Assembly: GCF_018977255.1 (NCBI RefSeq)
Contig: NW_024704742.1
Location: forward strand, 70,372,001-70,436,000
DNA length: 64,000 nt
Direction: 5' to 3'
Origin: Callorhinchus milii
Lineage: Eukaryota
Position numbers and translations under genes: made by a program. Positions 37,931 to 50,600 of the stretch are shown here, piece after piece (the stretch's first letter is position 1; each line of letters opens with the position of its first letter). Below the pieces are notes generated by a model that saw only the letters and a program-made list of their open reading frames with translations, was not told the DNA's origin and did not search any database.

Positions 37931-40900
37931 GGGAAATGACGAGCCAGTGGAGCCTGGTGAGGATTGGGTTGATGGTTGTATGGAATTTGGTGCAGATTAG
38001 GATGTGGGCTGCAGAGTTTTGGATGATCGTACTGTGTGGATGAAAGAGGTGTGGATGTTAAAAAGGAAACATTAAATAACAAGGAATGTTTGACACCGGA
38101 TAAAAAAAACACGGATTCATTGTAATGACGAGCGACACTGCAGCTTATAAAGATGTATTACTCAGCCGAATAATAGGCACCTGAGTACAAGTCTATTACA
38201 TGCTCAGTGATCTGACTGGGCTGTGTTTCTACATCACCGTTCCTTCTCAGGCAGAGCAAACGTCAGTCTGGCTCAGGCAATTGGCAGCACTCTCGCCTCC
38301 GAGTCAGAAGGTTGTGGGTTCAAACCCCCACATCGGGCACTTTGAGCTCAGGACAGTTTATTGGGGGGCAGCCGGGTATCTGACACCCTCGGCAACCCAT
38401 CACCCTGCCTTAAGAGTATCCGAACCAGTCTGAGAGCTCCAGCCTGCTTCATCTTCCCCACCTCGCCCGCCCCACCATTAACGGGCGGGCCTTCTGCCAC
38501 TCTGCCCCAACTTCTGGAACTTCATCCCGAGGTCCCTCCACCTTGCCCCTCCCTTGCCTCCTTCAAGACCCATCTCAAGAGCCTCCACTTCGACCATGCC
38601 TTCGGTCACCCTCCTTCCCCCTCTAACCTCCACCTTCTCCAATTCCGACCTCCAGCTCGGGTCTGAAACACTGATTGTCCAGCGTTTTGGGACATCCTCT
38701 CGACGTGAAAGGCGCTGTACGAATATAGTTTTGTTGTTGTTGTTGGAGGCAGAACAGGGCACAGAAGGGGCTTGGGTTTAACGTCTCATGCAAAGGACGG
38801 CACCTCTGACAATGCAATGCACCCCCACTACCACACTGGAGCGTCAACCTAGACAATTTAAGTTTAAAGTCCATGATGCGGGGCTTGGACACACAACCTT
38901 CCAACTCAGAGGCAAAATCGCTGGCATCTGAGCATGATATCTGGGGAGAGATTGTTGGCCAGGGCCACTGGGAGAAACTCTCCTCTCTTTTTCGAGTAGT
39001 GCCACGGAATCTTTAATGGCACAGTCGGGACCTTGGAACATCTGGCCTTAAGGATGGCACCTCCGACAATGCAAGCACTGCACCCCCACCCACCCATCCA
39101 CCCACCGAGCACTGCGCTGGAGCATCAGCCGAGGCTGTGTGACTTAATATCATTACCTCCCTCACATACCTACTAATTACAACCACTAATAATATAATCC
39201 TTGCACTTGAGACGTCTCAAAACGCTCATAGGACTCAATAAGAAGAATCCTTGCATTTGATACAACTCCTTTCAAATCAGGAGACCATCACAAAGCACTT
39301 CACAAGATTCACTGTAAAGTGTAGTGACTGTGTATTTTGTGGGTGAACACAGTAGCCAATTTTGTGCATAGCCACGCTACTCAAACAGCCATGAAGTGAA
39401 TAACCCATTTTATTGGGATTGTTGGCCAGGACACTGTGGGGTTGGAGGGGAGAGAAACTCCCTTCTCTAATGAATGGGCTCACCTGAGTATTGGTCAGTG
39501 AAGCCTCTCTTCCCCTCCCATAACTAGTCCTCACCTCACGATCCCCTCTGCTCTCACCGTCTATATTCACATCACATCCCCCGCAGTCAGGGTGACTTAC
39601 TAGGATCCACAGCAAATCCTTGCTGAGTTATATCTAAGGGAAGAGCTGGCAGATTAATAGGAAAATTTACATGTATGTTTAATGAATAAAATATTGGCCC
39701 GGGATGTATTATACATAAACCTGACGGGTTCAAAAAGTCGCTGGTTTTAAATTTCAAATGTTTTCACTCATCTAAAGTGAATCTAAATTCATTTTGAGAA
39801 TGATTTTTCATCTTCCCTCGTTTCAAAAGACACAAATATTCCATTACCTACTGTGTATCAGCAGCTGTTTAGAAGTCTCACGTTCAAACACTTGTCTCTG
39901 TCTCAGTACTCCTGTATAATTGTTGTTCCACCCGCCCCACCCCTTCATTAATTGATTTGGTGTCTGTACGTCAGGGACTGTGAGTGCACAGTCTTAGGCT
40001 GATGCTCCAGTGCAGTGCTGGTGGGTGGGGGGAGGATAGAGTTGGAGGTGCCGTGCTTTGGATGAGATGGTAAAATGGAGGTTCCATCTGTGTTGGTTCA
40101 GGCAGATATCAAAAATCCCATTGTTGGGAAAAAGAAATGAGTTTCTCCCAGTGTCCTGACCAAGAATCCTCCTGGATAAAAAATGGTCCTTTACTTCATG
40201 GCTGTCTGATGGAGGCCATGTAGAGAGCAACGAGGATGATCCCTGGTGTTCGAGGGATCTTATGGATAACATTTTTAATGGGATTGAATGAGTATACTCA
40301 GATCAATGCTTTTGGATGCACTGAAACAACAAAAAAGGTCACAGGTTTAGAGGTGTAAAGGGGCAACTTTGGATAGACACCAGGAAGTATTTTTTTCCCC
40401 AGAGGGTATTAATAACTGGAACGGGGTTACCAGGAAGTGGGGTTGAGGCCAGCACACTGGGACTCATTTAAGAAACAGCTTTATGCTGTGATGGGAAGAT
40501 GGTTGACCTTCTGAACAGATCTGGTGATCTTGTGTGCAAATTGGCTGCTGTGTTTAATACAAAACGTTCACTACATCTGTTTATAAGAGCTAGGAAGCAT
40601 GCCAGACATATCAGTATGGAGAGGGGATGAGGAGAATGTTTGAAAACGCAGGAGTATTTAAGAGTGTGTGGGAGCGAGAGAGTGGGTTTACACTAGGTGT
40701 CTGATGTGGAGATAAACACAGGCACAGACTTGATAATAAACATTGCAATTTATGTAATAATACAGTAAACCCCTGGCTTAAAGCCCACATGATCCCCATA
40801 GCTTTCTAGCTCACTATTCTTTCTCTGGCATCCAGTGTCCATGTGTGTGAGTTACTGTTTTTTGGTTTACAGCAGTAGAAATCCATATGCACTGCTGGCA

Positions 40901-42419
40901 TTTTCCATCACTGCATATTTTTTGCAAAACCGGAATTGTAATATGCTTAAGCCAGAAATTCCGGCTTGCCAGACTGGATCTCCCTTTCCGTTAGTCCGGC
41001 TAGCCAAGGTTTATCTTTAAAAATAATCCTTACATTTGATACAGTGCCTTTCACGTTGGGAGGATGTCCAAAGTGCTTCACAGGATTTGTTGTAAAGTGC
41101 AGTGACGGTATGTTTTGTAGCCAAATGTATTGTATATTGTAGGGAAATTTCCATATGTAAGTGGTCTGGTGTGGATACTCTCCAAACACGGTGATGGGTT
41201 TCCATATGAGTCAGATGCCCAACGGACAAATAAAACAAGGTAGCCAATTTGCTCAAAGCAACGCTCTACAAACAGCCATGCAGTGTGTGACTGAGTTCAT
41301 TTGGGAGATTGTTGGCTAGGACAGCAGGAGAGAGAAACTCCCTTCTCTTTTCAAGTAGTGCCACGGGATCTTTAACGTCCACTTGAAAAGGCACATTATC
41401 AGATGTACCGTCCTTCAGCTGAGACGTTAGACGACTGGTTTAACGTCTCAGCCGAAGGATGGCTCCTCCAAAAATGCAGCGCTTCTCCCAGCACTGCCAT
41501 GGAGTGTCAGCCTAGACTGTCAGCTCAAAGTCCTGATGTGGAGACTTGAACCCAAAACCCACCGTATGGGTTGTCCTTCTGTGGGGATTTTGTATCCTAT
41601 GTTTCTCTGTTAAGCAACACTTGTAAAACATTACAAACTTTATTTCTAAACGTTGGGCGAATGAGCCCTGGACTTTGAATGTCAGATTTGAAAGCTTTGG
41701 CCTCTGGTGAGAAGCTTGTGTTAAAAAAATATACAATTTGCCTTTTTGTCTGTCAAAAAAAAGAGAAACGATGGAGAAGATGAAACAGGAATCAGGGCTC
41801 TACCTCAGGATATAGATCTGAAAGTTCAAAGATTTTCTCTCATCCTCTGCCACTATCAACTCAACAGATAGCTTTACACTGCTTCATCTGACAAGGCTAC
41901 AGCTTAGAGAGAGAATGAAAGAGAGGACAGACAGACAGAGGGGGAGGGAGGGAAAGAAAGAAAGAAATGAATACAAAAAGAGAGGGGAGAAAACGAAAGA
42001 TTGAGGAAGTAAAGAAATAGGAAAGGAAAAAGAGAGAGATGGAGGGAGAGTGGGGTGAGAGAGACAAACAGAAACACAGGGAGAGGATTTATGCAAAATT
42101 CTACTTTGGTGTATTTGAAAGTGAAACTAGAGCAATATGTGAAGTGGAGGAGTCAGAGAGAAAGCGTGCTGATGTGGTGCCAATTAACTCCTTCACAGAA
42201 TCGAGATATATCCTCAACAGAGAGCCTGGGATCCACACAGCTTGGGACTGACCTCATTAAAATCATAGACATTTACCGAAGGAGGCCATTCAGCCCATCG
42301 AGTCTGAACTGGCTCTCAGAGCAAGCTGTCTGTTCAGTCCCACTGCCCCGTCCTATCCCCAAACACCCTCAAGCCTCTCCTTATACATTGTGCAAATCAA
42401 AACGGTGTAGATAATGAGT

Positions 42420-42795
42420 CTGTGTATCTCTTTCTCTGTCTCTTTCAGGCTCTATAACAGTTTCTCTCACTCTGATTATAATTCTCTCTGCCTCTCATTC
42501 TCTCTGCATCTTTTATTCTCTGCCTCTAAAACTCTCTCTGCCTGTATAACTCTGCTTCTATACTTCTCTGTCTTTATAACTCTTTCTTTCTGCCTCTATA
42601 ACTCGCTCTCCCTGACTCTATAACTCTCTCTCTGTCTCTATAAAAGTCTCTCTTTGACTCTATAACTCTCTCTCTGTCTCTAAAACAGTCTCTCTGACTC
42701 TACAACTCTCTCTGTCTCTATAACAGTCTCTCTCTGACTCTATAACTTCCTCTCTCTGAATCAATAACACTCTCTCTGTGACTCTATAACTCTAT
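42420..42795. repeat. ~19-21 bp CT-rich minisatellite (ctctataactctctctg)
   Basis: Repeated tataactctctct units. Confidence 0.85.
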
Positions 42796-45700
42796 CAAAG
42801 GGCAATAAAAACAATAATCCTTGCATATGATACAGTAACATTCATATGGGGAGGACATCTCAAAGTGCTTCACACAATTTACTAAATAGTAACTGTATTT
42901 TGAAGATGAATACGGCAATTTAAAAATGTGATTGAAAGAATACACCTCAACAGTACTTTCGGATGCACAGAGACATATAAGGATATTGGTTTAAAATTGT
43001 AAAAGGCAATTTCAGAACAGACACCATGAAGTATTTCTTTCCCCAGAGGGTAATTAACCCGTCTGTGCTTGTTTGGATGGATGTTAAAGGTCCTGTGGCG
43101 CTATTGGAAAAGAGAAGGGAGTTTCTCTTTCCCAGTGTCCTGGCTGACAATCCTTCAGATAAAATTTGTAATTCACATCACGACTCTTTATGGGATGTTG
43201 CTGTATGCAAATATCAAATGCAAGTATTATTATTCTTTCTCGCCTTTTTATTTGTCCCCATACCACTGAATTCCCTTTCACCCTAGATATGCCTTTTAAA
43301 CAGCGCACAAAACATACAGTCACTCCAATTCACAGTAAAACACTGTGAAGCGATTTGAGACAGCCTCTTGATGTGGCAGGATGCTGTTATCAAACACCAA
43401 GATTATTGTAAGTATCTGAGTGCTTTGTGTCTTCTCGGTTGAAAGGCATAACAGTTTTCTCTGATGGTCTCTCCTCCTCCGTCATAACTCGGACCACTTA
43501 GGTGTACGCACTGTACCCTGTCACCCTGCCCCGAGCTCCGTCTGATACATCAGTGTCTGGAGTGCAGAGCTCCCAGAGTTGCACACAGTATACCAGGCAT
43601 CACCTCATCAATCATACACATCAGCTTAGAGCCCACTTGTTTCAATTTATATTCAAATGCCCTTGAGATGAATCCCGGAACATGACTGGCTTTCCTGATC
43701 TCAGCTTCCCATCGGCTCAGTCAATCAAGTTAATGGACTAACCATGTGCTTTGTGTCGTTCTCCCCACCCCCCATTCTCCTTCCCTCCCCCTCCTCCTCC
43801 CCTCAGCCCCCCCTCCACCCACCCATCAACATTCAAATCCGTACTTACAGGTTCAACAGTGTCACTACTTGTGATAGAATTGATAGCCTGAGAGCTGGGG
43901 GTCGTGTGCGTGCGTGCTTGTGAATATTACTTAAATGCCAATATAGTTTATATTAATCCTTATATTTGATACAGTGCCTGCAATGTCACCAAGCTCTTTG
44001 CACAGTTTCCACAGAGTGTAGTAATTGTGGGATTTGCAGGCTAACATGGTAAATAACAATCCTTACATTTGATACAGTGCTTTTCACATCAGAAGGACGT
44101 TTAAAGTGCTTTACTGGATTTACTGCAGAGTTCAGTGACTGTATTTTGTAGGTGAACATAGCAGCCAAATTGCACACAGCAAATTTCAACAAACAGCCTT
44201 GAAGTGAGTGACTGATTTTAGCTGGGGGATTGTCGGCCAGGGAGAGAGAAACTCCCTTCTCTTTACGAAGAGTGCAAATCCACCTGCACAGAGTGCAAGT
44301 CCACATGCACAGAGCAAACACAGGCACCTTGGTTTAATGTTTCGTCCGCAAGACAACATAATGCTCCCCCCCAGCACTGCACTGGAGCATCAGCCAAAGT
44401 GTAAGCTCAAAGTCCCCAATGACTCAGGTGAAGAGCAGGGAGTTGGGATTGCACTGGATGGCTTCAAAGCAGGAGCATACCCCAACATGTTAAAATGGGC
44501 AGAATGGCCTCTTAGAGTGTCCTACATTTCTGTTGTTGTATCTGAAAAAGAAACACATCACAGTGTGGGGGGCAGTGGAACTGAATTGATAACACACTGC
44601 ATTGTCAGAGGTACCGTCCTTGGCTGAGGCACTGAACCAAGCTCCTGTCTGAGTCTGGTCAGGTGGGCGTTGCAAATCCCAAATCGCTATTGGAAAAGCG
44701 AAGGGAGTTTCTCCCGACATTCATAGCCAAGAATAATCCCCCCTTCCTCAGCCAAAGATTGCCTCTGTATGGCAACAACACTGTGTGCAAAACAGGAGCG
44801 GTGTTTAAAACAGTCACTTGACAGGAAAAGTGGCGCTGCCAGCAACCTTGCCTTGTGTTCCGCACACATCCCCAGTCAACTGTCAGCGCATTATCCATCA
44901 AATAATCTTTTAATCCCTCCCTTTTTGTTTTCTTTTTATCTTGTTGCACTATGTTGTCTTTTGGGTAATCCTCCTAATCCCTTTCCACTCGTTCTGAATC
45001 CCGTACGTCATTGTTTTCCTCCCGGGGAAATGAACGGCTTCGGCCGTGGCAATGTATTACAGAATACAGAATAATATCCCAACAATCCTTGCCTTTAATA
45101 CACCACCTTATCCAAATGCCTCAAAGGACTTTACTGTCAACCGCAGTGACTATGTATTTTATGAGCAAATGTGGCAGCCAGTTTGCGCTCAGCAATGTCC
45201 TCACAAACATCCAAGCTGTTAGTGACCGTTTTTTGGGGGGGAGGAATTGTTGGCCAGAACACTGGGAGAGAGAAGCTCTCTTCTCTTTTCCAAATAGTGA
45301 CATGGGATCTTTCTCGTCCACCTGAACAGGCACAGATGGAACCTCCATTTAATGTCTCATCTAACGATGCCTTAGAGAAGTATTGCATTGGAGTATCAGC
45401 CTAGACTGGGAGCTCAAAGTCCCACTCGGGGATTGAACCATAACCTCTGAATCAACAACAATAACTTGCATTTATATAGTGTTGGGACTTTGAGCTCTCA
45501 GTCTGAGCTGACATTCCAATTCAGTGCTGGGGTTGTGCTACATTGCCGGAGATGCCATCCTTCAAATGAGATGTTAAACTGAGGTCCTGACTATGCCAAT
45601 TCAGGTGGACATTAAAGATCCCAACGGCGCTGTTGGAAAAGAAGCAGGTTTCTCCCAGTGTCCTAGCTGACAATCCCATAGATAAATTCATTATTCACTT

Positions 45701-46585
45701 TGTGGTTGTTTGTGAGACAAAGTCTTAAATTCATGCCCTCGTTCATTTTTTTGGTCAGCCAATTGTTTGACACACGTGGAAACCCATCAATACGCTTAAG
45801 ATTATCCAATCCCGACTGAGACTTCTACATATGTTTTCCACCTACCTACACAGGAAATTTCTCTGTGTCTGGAATAAAATGTGCATTCTCTCCCCAGAGA
45901 CGCATCTTGTTTACGTAATTCTGGGGAGCATTAGACGCAGGTTGGCAGGAGCCAAGGTTTGGGGACCCCAGAGTATGCTGACTCCTGGAGTCTAACCAGC
46001 TAAAAACACATAGCTTGCCATGGAGAGCACTGTCTGACAAGCTTCCTGCTGCTTGTCCAGCTAGGACCACCCTACCCATTAGGGCTTTGACTTGCAGGGT
46101 AATCCGATAGTAGCTGGTTAAACTTTAAAAAATTCTACTAATATTTACAGGTTAAACAGTTATCCCCAAAATGCACACTGTGGGTATCTCCAAGCCTTAG
46201 CTCTCACTAGCATGTGCCCATTATGCAGGGAGCATCCCTCCTGCAAGAGAGAGAGAAAGTGAGTGCGTATTCATTCCAGACACAGGGAAATTTCCATGTG
46301 TAAATGGCGTACATACATGGAACTCTCAGTCTGGATTGGAGACTCTTAAGCACTGTGATGAGTTCCCACTTTTGTCAGACACCTAGCTGACCAAAATAAA
46401 GATAAATACAATGCAATTCACATTATAATTTACATTTAGATAGTGCCCTTCATCATCTCAGCACTCACTCACAAAGGCAGCTACAAAAAACAGTGGAGCT
46501 TACCATCTGTGACAGCCACATATAGTGGATCAAAGTAATCTTGATTTTGATCCCCCCCAAATTGCATTTCATACCTATTTCTCCT

Positions 46586-46591
46586 TTTATT
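46586..46591 (-). promoter_or_regulatory. Candidate polyadenylation signal AATAAA for the INSYN2B-like transcript
   Basis: TTTATT on + strand about 390 nt past the stop codon; no transcript evidence. Confidence 0.3.
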
Positions 46592-46982
46592 TCTCAACCC
46601 CTGTGTGTGTGTTTGTGTGTGTGTGTGTGCGTATGTGTGTATATACTGTGCGCGTGTGTATATATATATATATCTAGTAGCAATTGTTAAACTATTTAAA
46701 CTTATTTTTTTAAATATAACATTCTTAAATTACATCCTGTAAATATCAGTAGAATTTTTTTTCATTTTTCTTTGTTCTGTGGTGATATTTCTAAAAATAC
46801 AAAAAAGATGTTCGGAAGACGGACACTTGGCGGAAACAAAATGTCTTCCTTGAAATCCCCGGAGAGGAAATGGTCACGGGGAGAAACAAGAAGTAGCAGC
46901 CTCCATTTTCTGTTCCTCCCCCTCCCTGCTTCTTCCTCCCCCCAGGGGTTCAGTCTTAAAAAATATAGACGGGTTCCGGAGT

Positions 46983-47175
46983 TTATAAGAACCAAAAGCA
47001 TTTCCTTTTGGACTTTTTTGGCTCTGTCCTGGCCGTTGGCTGTGGTATGGGACTCTCTTCCTGCTTGCTCAAGGGCGTGCCAGGCTGCTCCGAATTTTGA
47101 CCCCAAGCGCCCATCTCCATGTCACTCAGGACCTTGTGGAACCTGACTTCCTGCTGCCTGAAATCGTGCTCCACG
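46983..47175 (-). CDS. INSYN2B: Terminal coding exon of nested inhibitory synaptic factor 2 (INSYN2/FAM196) family gene: (S)VEHDFRQQEVRFHKVLSDMEMGAWGQNSEQPGTPLSKQEESPIPQPTARTEPKKSKRKCFWFL*
   Basis: Minus-strand acceptor tcattctcccttttctccctggcag|C, phase 2; TAA at 46985-46983; SVExDFRQQExRFHxVL and the basic KKxKxKCFW C-terminus match INSYN2B as recalled; position inside DOCK2 matches the mammalian arrangement. Confidence 0.85.
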
Positions 47176-47339
47176 CTGCCAGGGAGAAAAGGGAGAATGA
47201 CAACAAAACAAGAATAATCTCTCAACACTGACCACGCAGACCGCTCTGTCCCTTTATGACCTGGGCGTGGTAACCGCAGTAAAATCGGCTGCTCTGACCC
47301 ATTTATCATGTGGGGCACGGAGACGGAAAAGGGAAACCA

Positions 47340-47690
47340 CAACAACAAATTACATTTACACAGTGGCTTTCTCGTCAGGAGGACGTCTCAAGGAGCTGGA
47401 CAGTCAGGGATTTGGACCCGAGCAGAGGATTAGGATCAAGAGAGGTGGAGGGCAGGGTGGGCAGGGGGGTGACCAAAAGCACGGTCAAAGAGGAGGGTTT
47501 TGAGACGCATCTTGAAGGAGGCAAGGGAGGGAGTGAGGCGAAGGGACTGTGGGATGGAGTTCCAAAGGTTGGGGGCAGGGAGGCTGAAGGCTCGACCGCC
47601 GATGGTGGAGCGTGCCGGGAGGGGGCCATGGAGCAGGCTGGAGCCTGCAGAGTGGAGGGAGCGGACAGGTTGATATGGAAGCACTCAGTT
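47340..47690 (-). mobile_element. L2-clade LINE 3' fragment ~165 nt upstream (in INSYN2B sense) of the last-exon acceptor
   Basis: ORF 47436..47684 encodes GGRAFSLPAPNLWNSIPQSLR...FKMRLKTLLF. Confidence 0.8.
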
Positions 47691-50600
47691 TGAGGCTGTG
47701 AATTTATAGAGAGAGAGACATAATGGGGGTCAACCTCTTTAGTCAGCTGAAACCCATTTCCATAAATATTCCATAATAATATAATTATATAATATGATAT
47801 ACATTAGATAATAAAATATAATAATATAATTCTTATACTGTATTTGATACGGTGCTTTCATGTTAGGAGGGAGTCTCAAAGCACTTCATAGGACTTACTG
47901 TAAAATATGAAGTCCTCCTGACGTAAAAGGTGTTTAAAATGTAAATTGTATTGTAGGTGGAGTGGTTGTGTGTTTTGTAGGCGAACATGACCAGGGGCAG
48001 AGAGGCAGACAGCAACGTGTGTGTAAGGGGAGAAAAAATAATGGGATGACTAAATTTATATTGAATAAACCTTTTGAAGAGAGCAGGAGACACAATTTCT
48101 GGCAAATACAAAGCTCTTACAGATATGGACATGAAATCTCAGGGCTGTTTGCAAGTAGCGGTGTTGATTTTAATCGTCTTTAAGTCCTGGCCTGATGGAC
48201 ACATGAGATAAAGTAAAGCCTAATCGAAACAGATGCTTGCCATTTGTCCGAGAGGGTTTTTGGTGGAATGTAATAATGGGTTTCAGTAAAGCTCGCTTGA
48301 CATTGTCCGTCTCTCTCTCTGGTGTTTTGTAGAGAATCCCATCAGCCCCTGTTTATCTGCCAGCCTGACCACTGTAGGCCTGCGGCTGAGAGATGGCAAC
48401 AACCTGCACTCAACTAGGGTCAATGACTGGATGAGCCACAGAGACGGAGAAGGGAAGGGAGATCAGCGACCAGGAAGGGAGGAGAGGGAGGGAGAGGAAG
48501 ATCGAGGGTGTTGACCAAAAACATGGTCAAAGAGACAGGATCTGATGAAGACAGGGATCTATAATAATAAGTTTTTTGTTTGTTTTGTTTTCCTTTGTTG
48601 TTTTATCATCAGGGATCTGGTGAGGATAGGGTGGGTTATGGAGAGACCTTCGGGGGAGAGCATTAATTAAGATTAATTATAATAAAAGTGATTTAGGTTA
48701 CTGTGAGGTGGATACATCGATTTCTTATTCTGTGGCTCAGACTCACTGGCATGTCATCAGCCAGGCTCCCTCGGGGAACGCCTGGGATTAATTAGGGACT
48801 GATATTGTTAATGAGCTGTGAGCAACGAACAGACAAGCTAGGGGGCTCTTCAGTCCTGAGAGAAGATGTCTCAAAGAGGATTTTATAGAGGTGAACAATA
48901 GTTTAAATGGGATGGAGAAAGTAAACCCAGAACAATACTTTAGGATGCACCAAAATAGTAAAGCAAGACGACACAGGTTAGAGTTGTAAAGGCTGTTGCT
49001 GTGGGCATATCTGCTGTCGAGTTCACCTACAAATACACAACACTTCACAGTTGATCCTGGGAAACACTTTGAGCTGTTTTGGCAACATAATATGGGGTTG
49101 TCTTGAATGCAAGGATTATTATCTAGAAATGCCTCAAAATGCTTCACAGGTGATTTTTAGTGACTGCATCTTGTAGGCAAACGCATCAGCCAATCTGCGC
49201 ACAGCAACATCCCACAAACAGCTGTGAAGTATCGTTATAAAACGAATTCAGAGAAAAGGTGATTTATTGAATAGATTAACATTAATTATAGTAAATGGTA
49301 AAATTACGATTTTGGTCTCTGATTTAGGTGAGCAGGACTCCCTATGGTTCTATAGGAAATATCATAAATAATGTTTCACTGCATTGGTAAAAAAAATGTT
49401 TTGCATTCTGACCACCGCATTATAACACGGCTCCACTGTACACTCAAATTCTTTCCACTCCTCCCTGCTCGATGATCCCCATCAACATCTTGGTCTTCAG
49501 GGTATTAATCCTGTATGGAGGGCGATGTAAGGGCATTTGCTTGCTTGCCAGGTATAGGATAGAAACAAGACTGGGACAGGAGAGACACAGGGAGAGGATA
49601 GGAGATCAGCTGCAGTGCTTATTAAACGCTGTTTGCAATCTCCTACGCACAACTTTCGCGTTGCCTGGAAGCCAACTTCAAGCCCTGTGTAATTTCGTTT
49701 ATTTTTATGTGCAATAAACTGGAAAATAGGTGAGGGAATGTTTGGAAGGCCTGACGGGCGAGGTTTGATGTTATTAAAAGAAATTAAAAATTGATTTTTT
49801 TCTTCCACGTTTCCCCCCATGCGCCACTCACTGCCCGCCACCAAAATGCACAAGTGAAAGTGATTTCACGGGCTCTTAACTTCAATATATCTGTAATTTA
49901 ATTATCCCAATAAGTCCCAATAATTTTTTTAAAAAGAAAAGAGAGAGCGAGAAAGAGAGGGAGAGAGCCCGTTTCATGCTCCCAATGATGTGGAAGGTTC
50001 ATAAATAATAATCCTTACATTTGATACAACAGCCTTCACATCGAGAGGATATCTCAAAGTGCTTTATAGGATTTTACTGTAAAGTGCAGTGACTGTGAAT
50101 TTTGTAGGCAAATGTGGCAGCCAGTTTGCACACAGCAATGTTCTCACAAACAGCCATGAAGTGAATAATAATAATAAAACTTGCATTTGATACAGGACCT
50201 TATCACATCATTGCGACATCTCAAAGCTCTTCACAGGGAATCCTGTAAAGTGAATTGACTGTGGGCGAAACACAGCCAGTTGCACAAAGTGTTTGTGGGA
50301 CAAGTTCCAGAGACAGCAATGGAGTGAGTGACCAATTTTATCTTGGGGACTGTTGGCCAGAACACCGGGAGAAGCTGCGTTCTCTTTTCGAACAGTGCCA
50401 TGGGATCTTTAACATCCACCTGAACATGCAGATGGGACCTTGGTTTAATGTCGCATCTGAAGAGACACAGTGACCTCTGAAAATCACCATCCCTTTTAAC
50501 ACTGACCCGAGGGACACTTCCTCTTTAACGCTCTGAACCCTGGTGACACATTGAACAATCTCTGCACCTGATGCTAAAATCCCCCTTTAATATTCACATC

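Noticed and set aside
47176..47348. N-terminal part of ORF 46983..47348
   Set aside because: Lies upstream of the splice acceptor; it is intronic read-through with no family similarity.
48110..48200. Minus-strand SGQDL... peptide resembling the penultimate INSYN2 exon
   Set aside because: Lacks the expected CxxC...ACIIYS, hits a stop (SGQDLKTIKINTATCKQP*) and has no suitable splice sites.
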